DNA of 56,489 nt, taken from positions 1 to 56,489 of the forward strand of contig NZ_DASVZH010000041.1 of NCBI RefSeq assembly GCF_036391795.1. The letters are read 5' to 3'. The position numbers were made by a program, and so were the translations under genes. Under the pieces are notes generated by a model. It searched no databases, was not told the DNA's origin, and saw only the letters and a program-made list of their open reading frames with translations. Of the stretch, positions 1 through 12,172 are shown piece by piece; the stretch's first letter is position 1, and the number at the start of each line of letters is the position of its first letter. This DNA comes from Oryzihumus sp. GTDB lineage: Bacteria > Actinomycetota > Actinomycetes > Actinomycetales > Dermatophilaceae.

Positions 1-24
1 CGGCGAGCGGGTACCCCGCCGGTC

Positions 25-74
25 TCAGGGCGCCAGGATCAGGACGGCAGGGTCAGGACGCCAGGGTCAGGACC
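25..74. repeat. Degenerate 14-bp tandem repeat (about 3.5 copies) across the anti-sigma stop codon
   Basis: TCAGGGCGCCAGGA / TCAGGACGGCAGGG / TCAGGACGCCAGGG / TCAGGACC, starting at 25, 39, 53 and 67. Confidence 0.7.
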
Positions 75-721
75 GGGGTGCCCGCGGCGGTGCGGACCTC
101 CACCCGGGCGATGTCGGACGACCGGGTGGCGCTGGCCGCGGTGACCTGCGAGACCTTTCCGGGCACCGCCGCCCAGGTGGCCACCTGCTCCGCGTGCCCC
201 GTGCGGTCGACCACGACCAGGGCGTAGGAGGCGTTGGTGTTGCCGTAGTAGCGGGTGTCGTAGGTGCAGGTCAGCTCGATCCGGGTGCCCCAGGGGACCC
301 CGACGAGGCGCGCGCTCGCATGCAGCGGGGTCACCGTGACCTGGCTCATCGCGGTCCCGACCGGCGCCGGCGTGGTGGAGGGGGTCCCGACCTGCGCCAC
401 ACCGCCGGCGACGGCCACGGCCAGCAGTGCGGCAGCCGCCGCGGCTCCGGCACCGCCCAGCACCCAGCGCCGGCGGAGCCGGTCCCGGCGCACCTCCCGG
501 GCCAGCCGGGGCAGCAGCGTCGCCGGGACCTCGGGCGGCGTGCTCTCGACCTCCTCGCGGGGCACCCGGGCGAGCAGGCCCGGCATACCGGCGAGCTCGC
601 GCACCGCGCGGGCGCAGTCGTCGCACGAGGCCAGGTGGGACTCGTAGTCGCGGCGGTCCTCCGGGGACAGGGCCCCGAGCACGTAGGCGGCGTCGTACTC
701 GGCGTAGGCGTCGGTGCTCAC
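53..721 (-). CDS. Zinc-binding (zf-HC2) transmembrane anti-sigma factor, RslA-like
   Basis: AAYVLGALS...HLASCDDC (HxxxCxxC) motif and one TM segment; GTG start overlaps the sigma stop (GTGA). Confidence 0.88.
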   Translation of the reverse strand: MSTDAYAEYDAAYVLGALSPEDRRDYESHLASCDDCARAVRELAGMPGLLARVPREEVESTPPEVPATLLPRLAREVRRDRLRRRWVLGGAGAAAAAALLAVAVAGGVAQVGTPSTTPAPVGTAMSQVTVTPLHASARLVGVPWGTRIELTCTYDTRYYGNTNASYALVVVDRTGHAEQVATWAAVPGKVSQVTAASATRSSDIARVEVRTAAGTPVLTLAS

Positions 722-1230
722 GAGGTCACCCCCATCTCCTGCAGGGCCAGGCGCAGGGCGCGCAGAGCGTAGTGCGTGCGGGACTTCACGGTGCCCTCGG
801 GCACCTCGAGGATGCGTGCCGCCTCGGCCACCGACCGGCCACGGTAGTAGCACTCGAGGAGCACGGCACGGTGCTCCGGCGAGAGCCGCGCCAGGGCGTC
901 GGCGACCAGCCACGACTGCAGCAGCTGGTCGGTGCGGTCGGAGGTGGGCACCTCGGGCGGCTCGTCGACTGCGAGCTCGTGGCGGTTGCGGGCCGAGCGC
1001 CACTCGTCCACGACGATGTGCCGCGCGACGGTGAAGAGCCAGGCGCGGGCCGAGCCGCCGGACTGGTCGAGCACCTGCGGCGAGCGCCACGCCCGCAGCA
1101 GGGTCTCCTGGACGATGTCCTCGGCCCGGGCGCGGTCCCCGCCGGTCAGGCGCAGGCAGAAACCCCACAGGGCGCCCGCGTGCTCCGCATGCAGGGCCTG
1201 CATCAGCTGGTCCGGGGTCTCGCTCACCAC
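718..1230 (-). CDS. ECF sigma-70 factor, SigL-like
   Basis: AEDIVQETLLRAW and RAWLFTVARH (region 2), VPEGTVKSRTHYAL (region 4); GGAGGT RBS before the GTG. Confidence 0.9.
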   Translation of the reverse strand: MVSETPDQLMQALHAEHAGALWGFCLRLTGGDRARAEDIVQETLLRAWRSPQVLDQSGGSARAWLFTVARHIVVDEWRSARNRHELAVDEPPEVPTSDRTDQLLQSWLVADALARLSPEHRAVLLECYYRGRSVAEAARILEVPEGTVKSRTHYALRALRLALQEMGVTS

Positions 1231-1280
1231 ACCTCCCACCGCCACCACGAGAGGGATGCCCCCATGGTTCACCCGGGAGG

Positions 1281-2279
1281 TCAGGGGTGCAGCACCGCCG
1301 CGCCGTCGAACGCCCCCGAGGCCAGGTCACGCAGGGCGCCGTCGGCCCACGCCAGCGGGTAGGAGTGGGTCGTGGCCCGCACCCCCAGGCGGGCGGCCAG
1401 GGTCAGCAGCTCCTCGCCGTCGGCGCGGGTGTTGGCGGTGACGCTGCGCAGTCGCCGCTCCTCGAACAGCTCGCGGTCGTAGTTGAGCGAGGGGATGTCC
1501 GACATCCAGATGCCGGCCACCGCGGCGGTGCCCCCGCGGTCGAGGGCCCGCAGCGCCACCGGCACCAGCTCGCCGCTGGGGGCGAAGAGGATCGCACCGT
1601 CGAGCTTCTCCGGCGGCTCGTCGGTCGGGCCGCCCACGGAGTCGGCGCCCAGCGCCAGCGCCAGGCGACGGTTGCGGTCGCCGCGGGTCAGCACGTGCAC
1701 CCGGATGCCCTGTTTGAGCGCGATCTGCGCGGTGAGGTGGGCGCTGCCACCGAAGCCGTAGACCCCGAGCGCGCCCCCGGGCCGGACCGCGGCGGCCTTG
1801 AGCGCCCGGAAGCCGATGATCCCGGCGCAGAGCAACGGCGCGGCCTGGTCGTCGCTGATGCCGTCCGGCAGCGCGTAGGCGAACCGTTCGTCGACAAGGC
1901 ACTGCTCGGCGTAGCCACCGTCGACGTCCCACCCGGTGAACGTCGGCGACAGGCACAGGTTCTCCTCGCCACGCCGGCAGAAGCGGCAGGTCCCGTCGGT
2001 GCCCCCGAGCCAGGCGACCCCGACCCGGTCGCCCAGGGCGAAGCGGCCGCTCCCGGGCCCGAGCTGGTCGACGACCCCCACCACCTCGTGCCCCGGGATG
2101 ACGCCGTGCCGCCGCGGGGTCAGGTCGCCCTCGGCCAGGTGCAGGTCGGTGCGGCACACCCCGCAGCACAGGACCCGCACCCTGACCTGTCCCGGCGCCG
2201 GCACGGGCGCCTCGCGCTCGACCTCCCGCAGTGGCCCGGTCGCGATGGGGCCCGGCTGGTCCACGATCCACGCCTTCAC
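1281..2279 (-). CDS. Zinc-dependent alcohol dehydrogenase family protein
   Basis: [16 protein letters not shown], structural-Zn CRFC...ENLC, APLLCAG, YGFGGSA. Confidence 0.92.
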   Translation of the reverse strand: MKAWIVDQPGPIATGPLREVEREAPVPAPGQVRVRVLCCGVCRTDLHLAEGDLTPRRHGVIPGHEVVGVVDQLGPGSGRFALGDRVGVAWLGGTDGTCRFCRRGEENLCLSPTFTGWDVDGGYAEQCLVDERFAYALPDGISDDQAAPLLCAGIIGFRALKAAAVRPGGALGVYGFGGSAHLTAQIALKQGIRVHVLTRGDRNRRLALALGADSVGGPTDEPPEKLDGAILFAPSGELVPVALRALDRGGTAAVAGIWMSDIPSLNYDRELFEERRLRSVTANTRADGEELLTLAARLGVRATTHSYPLAWADGALRDLASGAFDGAAVLHP

Positions 2280-2436
2280 GTCACGAAGCGTCGCGGGCCC
2301 TGCCGGGTCAGGTCGGGCCGAAGGTCCCCTTGGGCGCACCGAAGGCCCCGGTGCGCGCGAACCGGTTGCGCCGTGGCGACGGGTCGGCGAGCGTGGTCGG
2401 ACGTACGCCGTGCACCACCGACGAGGGGAACCACCC

Positions 2437-4815
2437 GTGGCGCTCGACCCGGACCTGCAAGCCGTAGACCTGTGGTGGCGCGCCGCGAACTACTGCGCCG
2501 TCGGCCAGATCTACCTGCTGGACAACCCGCTGCTGCGCGAGCCGTTGCGCCCCGAGCACGTCAAACCCCGGCTGCTGGGGCACTGGGGCACCAGCCCCGG
2601 GCTGAACCTGGTCTACGCCCACCTCAACCGGCTCATCCGCGAGCGCGACCTCGACGCGATCTTCGTCGCCGGCCCCGGGCACGGTGGGCCCGCGGTGGTG
2701 GCCAACACGTGGCTGGAGGGCACCTACAGCGAGGTCTACCCGCGGGTCGGGCAGGACGAGGAGGGGCTGCGCCGGCTGTTCCGCCAGTTCAGCTTCCCCG
2801 GCGGCATCCCCAGCCACGTGGCACCGGAGACCCCGGGCTCGATCCACGAGGGCGGTGAGCTCGGCTACTCCCTGGCCCACGCGTTCGGTGCCGCGTTCGA
2901 CAACCCCGGCCTGCTGGTCGCCTGCGTCGTCGGCGACGGTGAGGCCGAGACCGGCGCGCTGGCGGCGAGCTGGCACTCCACTGCGTTCCTCAACCCACTG
3001 ACCGACGGGTCGGTCCTGCCCGTGCTGCACCTCAACGGCTACAAGATCGCCGGGCCGACGGTGCTCGCCCGCATCCCCGAGGACCAGCTGCGCCGCCTGC
3101 TCGAGGGCGCCGGCTGGGAGCCGCGGTTCGTCACCGGCGACGACCCCGAGCAGGTCCACGTGGCCCTCGCCGAGGCGCTGGAGGAGTGCGTCGACATCAT
3201 CGCCGCCATCGGTGACCGGGCCCGCTCGGCCGGTCCCGACGAGCCGGTCGAGCGGCCCACCTGGCCGATGGTGGTGCTGCGCACGCCCAAGGGGTGGACC
3301 GGCCCGCGCGAGGTGGACGGGGTGCGGGTTGAGGGCACTTTCCGCGCGCACCAGGTGCCCCTGTCCGCGGTGCGCACCAACCCCGAGCACCTGGCGATGC
3401 TGGAGGAGTGGCTGCGCTCCTACCGGCCCGAGGAGCTGTTCGACGAGGACGGCGCCCCGGTCGACGCGCTCTGGCGGGCGGCTCCCCGCGGGCAGCGCCG
3501 GATGAGCGACAACCCGCACGCCAACGGTGGCCTGCTGATGCGGCCGCTGGACCTGCCGGACGCGGCCGACCATGCCGTCGAGGTGGCCCACCCCGGGCGC
3601 GGCGCCACCGCCGCCACGCAGGTGCTCGGCGGGTGGCTGCGGGACGTCATGGCGGCCAATGCCGACCGGTTCCGGGTCATGGGCCCGGACGAGACCGCCT
3701 CCAACCGGCTCCAGGACCTCTTCGAGGTCACCGACCGCACGTGGATGGCCCAGCGGTATGCCGGGGACGACCACCTCGCGCCGGACGGGCGGGTCATGGA
3801 GGTGCTGTCCGAGCACCTGTGCCAGGGCTGGCTGGAGGGCTACCTGCTCACCGGGCGGCACGGCCTGTTCAACTGCTACGAGGCGTTCGTGCACATCGTG
3901 GACTCGATGTTCAACCAGCACGCCAAGTGGCTCAAGGTCACCCGTGACCTGCCCTGGCGCATGCCGATCCCGTCGTTGAACTACCTGCTCTCCTCGCACG
4001 TCTGGCGCCAGGACCACAACGGCTTCTCCCACCAGGACCCCGGGTTCATCGACCACGTGGTCAACAAGAAGGCCGAGATCGTCCGCGTCTACCTGCCCCC
4101 GGACGCCAACAGCCTGCTGGCCGTGGCCGAGCACTGCCTGGCCGGCACCGACAAGGTCAACGTCATCGTCGCCGGCAAGAACCCCGCGCTGGACTACCTG
4201 ACCCTGGAGCAGGCCCGGGCCCACTGCGCGCGCGGGCTCGGGGTGTGGGAGTGGGCCGGCACCTCGGCCGGCGAGGTGCCCGACGTCGTCATGGCCTGCG
4301 CCGGGGACGTGCCCACCCTGGAGACCCTCGCCGCGGTGGCGCTGCTGCGCGAGCACCTGCCCGACCTGCGGGTGCGGGTGGTCAACGTGGTCGACCTGAT
4401 GCGCCTGCAGCCGACCGCTGAGCACCCCCACGGCTTGCCCGACCGCGACTTCGACGAGCTGTTCACCACCGACCGGCCCGTGGTCTTCGCCTTCCACGGC
4501 TACCCCTGGCTGATCCACCGGCTGACCTACCGGCGCACCAACCACGCCAACCTCCACGTGCGCGGCTACAAGGAGAACGGCACCACCACCACGCCCTTCG
4601 ACATGGTCATGCTCAACGACCTCGACCGCTTCCACCTGGTCATGGACGTCATCGACCGGGTGCCCGGGCTGGGGGTGCGGGCGGCGGGGCTGCGCCAGGA
4701 GATGGTCGACCGGCGCTTCGCGGCCCGGCAGTGGACGCGCGACCACGGCGAGGACGACCCGGCGGTCAGCGGGTGGGAGTGGCCCTGGCCGGCGCCGGAG
4801 GGGGCCGCCCGGTGA
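2437..4815 (+). CDS. xfp: Phosphoketolase (xylulose-5-P/fructose-6-P)
   Basis: [28 protein letters not shown]-binding [19 protein letters not shown]; start trimmed to the GTG after a GAGGGG RBS. Confidence 0.96.
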   Translation: MALDPDLQAVDLWWRAANYCAVGQIYLLDNPLLREPLRPEHVKPRLLGHWGTSPGLNLVYAHLNRLIRERDLDAIFVAGPGHGGPAVVANTWLEGTYSEVYPRVGQDEEGLRRLFRQFSFPGGIPSHVAPETPGSIHEGGELGYSLAHAFGAAFDNPGLLVACVVGDGEAETGALAASWHSTAFLNPLTDGSVLPVLHLNGYKIAGPTVLARIPEDQLRRLLEGAGWEPRFVTGDDPEQVHVALAEALEECVDIIAAIGDRARSAGPDEPVERPTWPMVVLRTPKGWTGPREVDGVRVEGTFRAHQVPLSAVRTNPEHLAMLEEWLRSYRPEELFDEDGAPVDALWRAAPRGQRRMSDNPHANGGLLMRPLDLPDAADHAVEVAHPGRGATAATQVLGGWLRDVMAANADRFRVMGPDETASNRLQDLFEVTDRTWMAQRYAGDDHLAPDGRVMEVLSEHLCQGWLEGYLLTGRHGLFNCYEAFVHIVDSMFNQHAKWLKVTRDLPWRMPIPSLNYLLSSHVWRQDHNGFSHQDPGFIDHVVNKKAEIVRVYLPPDANSLLAVAEHCLAGTDKVNVIVAGKNPALDYLTLEQARAHCARGLGVWEWAGTSAGEVPDVVMACAGDVPTLETLAAVALLREHLPDLRVRVVNVVDLMRLQPTAEHPHGLPDRDFDELFTTDRPVVFAFHGYPWLIHRLTYRRTNHANLHVRGYKENGTTTTPFDMVMLNDLDRFHLVMDVIDRVPGLGVRAAGLRQEMVDRRFAARQWTRDHGEDDPAVSGWEWPWPAPEGAAR

Positions 4816-5900
4816 GGGTGCTGACCGTCAACGCCGGGTCCAGCAGCCTCAAGCTCTCCCTGCTCGCCGGGGACGACGCGCTCGCCACCGAGGAGCTCGA
4901 GGTCAGTGGCGACGGCCTGGACGAGGACCGCCTGGCCGCGGCATTGGGCGGGATGGACGGCATCGACGCCGTCGGCCACCGGGTCGTGCACGGCGGCCAC
5001 CACCTGACCGGCCCGGTGCGGATCGACGAGGGGGTCCGCGAGCAGCTCGGCCGGCTCGTCGACCTCGCCCCGCTGCACCAGCCGAAGTCGCTGCGCGCCC
5101 TGGATGCGGTCGGCCGGGCGCTGCCCGGGGTGCCGGCGGTGGCCTGCTTCGACACCGCGTTCTTCGCCGGCCTGCCCGCGGCGGCGGCCACCTACGCCCT
5201 GCCCCGGGAGTGGCGGGAGCGCTACGGGCTGCGACGGTTCGGCTTCCACGGCCTCTCCCACGCCTGGGCGAGCGCCCGGGCGCGGGAGATCGTCGGCGGC
5301 AGCGCAGGGCTGCGGGTGGTGGTGGCCCACCTCGGGTCCGGCTGCTCCCTGTCGGCGGTGGTCGACGGCCGGGCGATGGACACCACCATGGGCTTCACCC
5401 CGCTCGAGGGGCTGGTCATGGGCACCCGCTCCGGCACGGTCGACCCGGGGCTGCTGCTCTGGCTCGAGGAGCACGAGGGGATGCCCCCGCAGGAGGTGGC
5501 CGACGCCCTGGAGCACCGGTCCGGGCTGCTCGGCCTGTGCGGCACCGCGGACATGCGCGAGGTGCTGCGCCGGGTGGGGAAGCGCGACGCCGACGCCGGG
5601 CTGGCCCTGGACACGTGGGTGCACCGCGTGGTCACCGGGGTCGGGGCGATGGCCGCGTCCGCCGGCGGCCTGGACGTCCTGGTGTTCACCGGCGGGGTGG
5701 GGGAGCGGGCCGCGCCGGTGCGCCGGCTGGTCGCCGCCCGTCTCGGGTTCCTCGGCGTGCTGGTCGACGACGAGGCCAACGACCGCGCCGACGGTGGCGC
5801 CGACGCGGACATCGGCGCCGGGGCCGCCCGGGTCCTGCTGGTCCGGGCCCGGGAGGACCTGGAGATCGCCCGGCAGGTGCGCGAGGTCCTGGGCGGCTGA
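4812..5900 (+). CDS. ackA: Acetate/propionate kinase
   Basis: [41 protein letters not shown]; GTGA overlap with xfp. Confidence 0.94.
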   Translation: MRVLTVNAGSSSLKLSLLAGDDALATEELEVSGDGLDEDRLAAALGGMDGIDAVGHRVVHGGHHLTGPVRIDEGVREQLGRLVDLAPLHQPKSLRALDAVGRALPGVPAVACFDTAFFAGLPAAAATYALPREWRERYGLRRFGFHGLSHAWASARAREIVGGSAGLRVVVAHLGSGCSLSAVVDGRAMDTTMGFTPLEGLVMGTRSGTVDPGLLLWLEEHEGMPPQEVADALEHRSGLLGLCGTADMREVLRRVGKRDADAGLALDTWVHRVVTGVGAMAASAGGLDVLVFTGGVGERAAPVRRLVAARLGFLGVLVDDEANDRADGGADADIGAGAARVLLVRAREDLEIARQVREVLGG

Positions 5901-5904
5901 CCGC

Positions 5905-6525
5905 TCAGGCCGGACGGGTCAGCCGAGCCAGGGCGTCGAGGGCGACCCGTGGCCCGTCCTCGGTCTCGACCCGGCGCTCGACGCGGTCGGCGCGCACGAC
6001 CTCGAGCCCGAGGCCGGCGAGGTCGTCCACCACGTCGGCGGCGGTGAAGAGCACGGCCGGGTCCTGGGGGCCGCCCCAGCCGTGCTCGAGGTTGCTGCTG
6101 TCGTGGCCGACGACGAGCAGCGTGCCTCCCGGGGCGAGGGCGGCCGCGGCACGCCGGGTCGCCTCCCGGCGCAGGGGCGGGACCAGCTGGAGGTAGGCGA
6201 CGACGACGAGGTCGAAGGCGTCCGGCGGCCAGGTCACGGCGGTCGCGTCGGCGCAGACCCACTCGAGCGCCATCGGGGTGCCGCCGGCCTCGAGGCGGTC
6301 CTGGGCGGCGCGGCCCTTGGCCAGCCCCTGCTCGGCGAAGTCGGAGGCCGTGACCCGCCAGCCGAGGCCGGCCAGCCACAGCGCGTTGCGGCCCTCGCCG
6401 CAGGCCAGGTCCAGTGCGCGGCCGGGCGGCAGCCCGGCCAGCTCCGACTCGACCCACTGGTTGGGGCCGGCGGACCAGACGAGCTCCGACCCGGCATACC
6501 GGGTGTTCCAGGCGTCGGCGTCCAT
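5905..6525 (-). CDS. Class I SAM-dependent methyltransferase
   Basis: ALDLACGEGRNALWLA motif I. Confidence 0.9.
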   Translation of the reverse strand: MDADAWNTRYAGSELVWSAGPNQWVESELAGLPPGRALDLACGEGRNALWLAGLGWRVTASDFAEQGLAKGRAAQDRLEAGGTPMALEWVCADATAVTWPPDAFDLVVVAYLQLVPPLRREATRRAAAALAPGGTLLVVGHDSSNLEHGWGGPQDPAVLFTAADVVDDLAGLGLEVVRADRVERRVETEDGPRVALDALARLTRPA

Positions 6526-6538
6526 GCGCCTCAGCCTG

Positions 6539-6916
6539 TCACTTCGCGGCGCGCGCGGCCTCCTCCTGGGCGACCTGGGCACGCACGTCCTCCATGTCGA
6601 GCCCGCGGACCGCGGTGATGACCTGCTCGAGGGCCTGCGCCGGCAGCGCGCCGGGCTGGGCGAACACGAGGATGCCGTCACGGAACGCCATCAGCGTCGG
6701 GATCGAGCTGATCCCGGCGGCGGAGGACAGCGCCTGCTCGGCCTCGGTGTCGACCTTGGCGAACGTGATGTCCGGGTGGGTCTCGGAGGCCTTCTCGAAC
6801 ACGGGCGCGAACATGCGGCAAGGGCCGCACCACTCGGCCCAGAAGTCGACGAGCACGATGCCGTCCTGGAGCACGGTCGGCTCGAACGTCTGCGCGGTGA
6901 GGGCGGTGGTCGCCAT
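6539..6916 (-). CDS. trxA: Thioredoxin
   Basis: VDFWAEWCGPC active site and SIPTL cis-Pro loop. Confidence 0.93.
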   Translation of the reverse strand: MATTALTAQTFEPTVLQDGIVLVDFWAEWCGPCRMFAPVFEKASETHPDITFAKVDTEAEQALSSAAGISSIPTLMAFRDGILVFAQPGALPAQALEQVITAVRGLDMEDVRAQVAQEEAARAAK

Positions 6917-7027
6917 GGGATCGATCCTTCGTCGGGAGCGGGTGATGTGGGGTACAACGGCGGCGGGGCCGGCGTGCTTCCCCGCGACGGTGCAGGTGGG
7001 GGCGCCGCGGCGTGCGACAGTGTGCCC

Positions 7028-7570
7028 ATGAGCGAGGAGTCGGTGATCGGCCAGCTGGCCGACGTCGCCCATGAGGCGGCCCGTGCCGTGGACGGGGCCG
7101 TCCCGGCCGAGGGGGGCGTGACCGACCGTGAGCTCGGCCGGGCCGGGCGTCGCGCCAGGTGGGCCGGGCCGGTCTTCGCCGGCCTCGCCGCGGCGATGGT
7201 GCCGTGGACGGTCTACCTGGCGGTCACCCTGCCCAGCAAGCAGACCGCCGAGCACTACGACCTGGCCTGGGTCGGCTTCGACGTCGCCCTCCTGGCCATG
7301 CTCGCGTGGACGGCGTGGACAGCCTTCCGGCGCTCACCCGTGCTCACCGTGTCGGCCTCGATGACCGCGATGATGCTCCTGGTCGACGCCTGGTTCGACG
7401 TGGTGACCGCGCCGAGCGCCAAGGAGCTGGCCCTGTCCCTGCCGATGGCCCTCATCGTCGAGCTGCCGCTGGCCGCAGTGTGCATCTGGCTCGCGCACAA
7501 CGGGCAGCGGATCGCGGAGCGCCTCGTGGTCCTCCGGCTGCGGCGGCGCCGCCGGGCGCGGACACGCTGA
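7028..7570 (+). CDS. Conserved 4-TM membrane protein of unknown function
   Basis: Four hydrophobic segments, AWVGFD and DAWFD motifs, GC3-rich codon usage. Confidence 0.75.
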   Translation: MSEESVIGQLADVAHEAARAVDGAVPAEGGVTDRELGRAGRRARWAGPVFAGLAAAMVPWTVYLAVTLPSKQTAEHYDLAWVGFDVALLAMLAWTAWTAFRRSPVLTVSASMTAMMLLVDAWFDVVTAPSAKELALSLPMALIVELPLAAVCIWLAHNGQRIAERLVVLRLRRRRRARTR

Positions 7571-7687
7571 CCCTCCGGGGTGGAGGTGCGCCGGGATGTT
7601 GTGAGGGGGCTGTGCCGGCGCTGTGACCAGCGCCCTTGACAGTGAGGCGATTTGCCGCCTTTGTCCTTGGGCGTCCATGGTGCTCCG

Positions 7688-9085
7688 ATGACCACCTCAG
7701 CCGAGAGAACCACCGAGGCTCCGCAGTCGGGCACCCTCGACGCGGGCCTCAAGCCCCGCCACATCACGATGATCTCCATCGCGGGGGTGATCGGAGCAGG
7801 ACTGTTCGTCGGGTCCTCGACCGCCATCGCGGCCGCCGGACCTGCGGTCCTCGTCGCCTACGCCCTGGCCGGGACGCTGGTCGTCCTCGTCATGCGGATG
7901 CTCGGCGAGATGGCCACCGCCCAGCCCGACACCGGGTCCTTCTCCACGTATGCCGACCGCGCCCTCGGGCGCTGGGCCGGGTTCTCCATCGGCTGGCTCT
8001 ACTGGTGGTTCTGGGTGCTGGTCATCCCGATCGAGGCCACGGCCGGCGCCAAGATCCTCAACGGCTGGATCCCCAGCGTCTCGACGTGGGTCTTCGCCCT
8101 GCTCATCACGGGGCTGCTCATGGTCACCAACCTGTTCTCGGTGAAGAACTACGGCGAGTTCGAGTTCTGGTTCGCCCTGGTCAAGGTCGTCGCCATCGTG
8201 GCGTTCATCGTGCTCGGCGTGCTCGCCATCGCCGGCGTGCTGCCCGGCTCCCACGCCTCCGGCGTCAGCCACCTGTTCAGCAACGGCGGCTTCATGCCCA
8301 ACGGCTTCGGTGCAGTGCTCGCCGCGATGCTGACCACGATGTTCACCTTCATGGGCACCGAGATCGTCACCATCGCCGCCGCCGAGTCGCCCAACCCCGA
8401 GGCCGGGATCCGCAAGGCCGTCAACTCGGTGATCTCGCGGATCAGCCTCTTCTATCTCGGCTCGATCCTCGTCGTCGTCTCCCTGGTCGCCTGGAACGCC
8501 AAGGGCCTGGCGGACAAGGGCTCCTACCAGTTCGCCCTCGAGCAGATGGGCATCACCTGGGCCGCGCCGGTCATGGACGTGGTCATCCTGACCGCTGTCG
8601 CCTCCTGCCTGAACTCCGCGCTCTACACCGCCTCCCGCATGGCCTTCTCGCTCTCGCAGCGAGGCGACGCCCCGCGCGGCTGGTCCACCACGACGAGCCG
8701 GGGCGTGCCGGCCAAGGCCATCATCGCCAGCTCGGTGGTCGGCTTCCTCGGGGTCGCCGGCAACTACCTGCTCCCGGAGAAGATCTTCGGCTACCTGCTG
8801 GCCAGCTCCGGTGCCATCGCCCTGTTCGTCTACCTCGTCATCGCCTGCTCGCAGCTGGTGATGCGCCGCCGCCTGGATGCCGAGGGGCACCGGCCGGCCG
8901 TGCGGATGTGGCTGTTCCCGACGCTGACGTGGGCGACCATCGTCTTCATCGTCGGCGTGCTCGTGCTCATGGTGATCCGCCCGGAGCACCGGCTCGAGCT
9001 CGAGCTGAGCGTCGTCCTGGCGGCGGCGATTGTCGCCATCGGTGTCGCCCGGCGCAAGGGCCTGGTTCGGCATACCAGCGAGTAG
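7688..9085 (+). CDS. APC amino-acid permease, GabP-like
   Basis: LKPRHITMISIAGVIGAGLFVG, YGEFEFWF, about 12 TM segments. Confidence 0.9.
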   Translation: MTTSAERTTEAPQSGTLDAGLKPRHITMISIAGVIGAGLFVGSSTAIAAAGPAVLVAYALAGTLVVLVMRMLGEMATAQPDTGSFSTYADRALGRWAGFSIGWLYWWFWVLVIPIEATAGAKILNGWIPSVSTWVFALLITGLLMVTNLFSVKNYGEFEFWFALVKVVAIVAFIVLGVLAIAGVLPGSHASGVSHLFSNGGFMPNGFGAVLAAMLTTMFTFMGTEIVTIAAAESPNPEAGIRKAVNSVISRISLFYLGSILVVVSLVAWNAKGLADKGSYQFALEQMGITWAAPVMDVVILTAVASCLNSALYTASRMAFSLSQRGDAPRGWSTTTSRGVPAKAIIASSVVGFLGVAGNYLLPEKIFGYLLASSGAIALFVYLVIACSQLVMRRRLDAEGHRPAVRMWLFPTLTWATIVFIVGVLVLMVIRPEHRLELELSVVLAAAIVAIGVARRKGLVRHTSE

Positions 9086-9102
9086 TTGGAAAGATGAGGC
9101 GC

Positions 9103-10569
<1,467 letters not shown>

Positions 10570-10577
10570 GCCACCGC

Positions 10578-10609
10578 TCCGGCCGGAGGGGGCGCCCTCT
10601 CCGGCCGGA
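10578..10609 (+). terminator. GC-rich hairpin after the malic enzyme gene
   Basis: TCCGGCCGGAG...CTCCGGCCGGA inverted repeat just after the stop. Confidence 0.6.
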
Positions 10610-10801
10610 CCGGCGTCGTCCTGGGTGACGACGCCCCCCTGCGGGGTCTGGATGAGCGGATCTACGTCGTGGGCCGTAGGGTTCTGGTCGCGGTTCGTGG
10701 TTGCGTAGTTGTTGGCCCGCAACGGGTTTCCCCGGTCTGACTCGACCACTCGCACCACAACGAACCTCCCGACCGTGACCAGACGACACCGCCGAGACGC
10801 C

Positions 10802-12127
10802 ATGACCGCACCGACCGTGATCCGCATCCGACTCCCGCGCCGTGCCGGCCTGACCCTCCTGAGCGCTGCCGTGGTCGCCGCGTGCGTGGTCGGTGCCCTG
10901 ACCGGGCCCCCGGCGGGGGCGTTCGACGGCGTGCAGGGCACCGCCCAGAAGCCGGCCACCGGCCCCGACGACCTCGCCCGGTCCGAGGCGTGGTTCGGCC
11001 CCGACGGCACCCTGGGTGACGGCTCGGGCGTGGGGGACCGGGCCGGCTCCCGCCAGGTCGCCAAGGTGGCCCTGGTCGCGGCCCGGATCCAGGACGCCCC
11101 GGTCGAGGACTTCGCCGTGCCACGCACCGTGCTCGACTCCTACCGCCGGGCGGCGTCCTCGCTCGCGGTGTCCGACCCCTCGTGCCACCTGCAGTGGTGG
11201 GTCCTCGCCGGGATCGGCCGGATCGAGTCCGGGCACGCGGCGGGCGGCCGGGTCGACGCCAGCGGCACGACCCGGGGTCCGATCCTGGGGCCGGTCCTCG
11301 ACGGTTCGCTGCCCGGCACCGCGGTCATCCGCGACACCGACCGGGGCACGCTCGACGGTGACACCCACTTCGACCGGGCGGTGGGGCCGATGCAGTTCGT
11401 GCCCGCCACCTGGGCGAGCTACGCCTCGGACGGCAACCACGACGGGGTCGCCAGCCCCAACAACGTCTACGACGCCTCCCTCGCCGCCGGGCGCTACCTG
11501 TGCTCGGGGTCGCTGGACCTGGCCACCGATGCCGGCCTGGCCCGCGCGATCCTGCGCTACAACGACTCGGTCGACTACCTGCGGTCCGTGCTCTCCTGGG
11601 GCCTGGCCTACCGCGACGGCACGCAGTCGGTCCTGGACAGCACCTCGACGGTCCCTGCGGGGTCCCCGCACCAGCCGTGGACCACGGTGACGGCACCGGG
11701 GATGCCGACCGCGCTGACCAGCCACCCGACCTCCAGCACCACCACGGCCCGGCCGACGACGTCGACCACCTCCAGCCCGGGCACGAGCACCACCTCGACG
11801 TCGTCGAGCTCGACCGGCACGCCCACATCCGCGACCAGCTCCTCCAGCTCGACCGGGTCGCCCACGTCCTCGCCGTCCTCGACCACCAGCACCACGAGCG
11901 GGCCCACCTCCACGTCGTCGACCTCGACCAGCACGACGTGCACCAGCGCCCCCTCGACGTCCAGCACGTCGACGACGAGCACGACGTCGACCTCGTCGAC
12001 GACCAGCAGCACGGACGGCCCGACCTCGTCCTGCCCGCCGACGACGACCCCGTCCGGCAGCACCAGCGGGACGACCTCGCCCACGAGCGAGCCGACCCGC
12101 CGGACGGCCACCGGGGGCGGCGGGTAG
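10802..12127 (+). CDS. Secreted lytic transglycosylase (SLT_2-like) with a long Ser/Thr-rich tail
   Basis: Signal-like N-terminus, LAGIGRIES catalytic Glu, AVGPMQFVPATW, AILRYN, then a ~130-aa S/T low-complexity tail. Confidence 0.85.
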   Translation: MTAPTVIRIRLPRRAGLTLLSAAVVAACVVGALTGPPAGAFDGVQGTAQKPATGPDDLARSEAWFGPDGTLGDGSGVGDRAGSRQVAKVALVAARIQDAPVEDFAVPRTVLDSYRRAASSLAVSDPSCHLQWWVLAGIGRIESGHAAGGRVDASGTTRGPILGPVLDGSLPGTAVIRDTDRGTLDGDTHFDRAVGPMQFVPATWASYASDGNHDGVASPNNVYDASLAAGRYLCSGSLDLATDAGLARAILRYNDSVDYLRSVLSWGLAYRDGTQSVLDSTSTVPAGSPHQPWTTVTAPGMPTALTSHPTSSTTTARPTTSTTSSPGTSTTSTSSSSTGTPTSATSSSSSTGSPTSSPSSTTSTTSGPTSTSSTSTSTTCTSAPSTSSTSTTSTTSTSSTTSSTDGPTSSCPPTTTPSGSTSGTTSPTSEPTRRTATGGGG

Positions 12128-12172
12128 GAGGCCACCGGGCCCTGCGTGGTCAGGGGCACCCCGTCGCGCTGG

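Noticed and set aside
2308-4746. Long antisense ORFs (for example 812 aa opposite xfp, 900 aa at 29077-31779, 702 aa at 16667-18775)
   Set aside because: These are typical high-GC antisense shadows with no recognisable motifs.
10650-10800. c-di-AMP (ydaO) riboswitch upstream of the transglycosylase
   Set aside because: The characteristic GAATC, GGGGGACCCA, GGGGTGAAT and CCCGAACCCG segments are not present.
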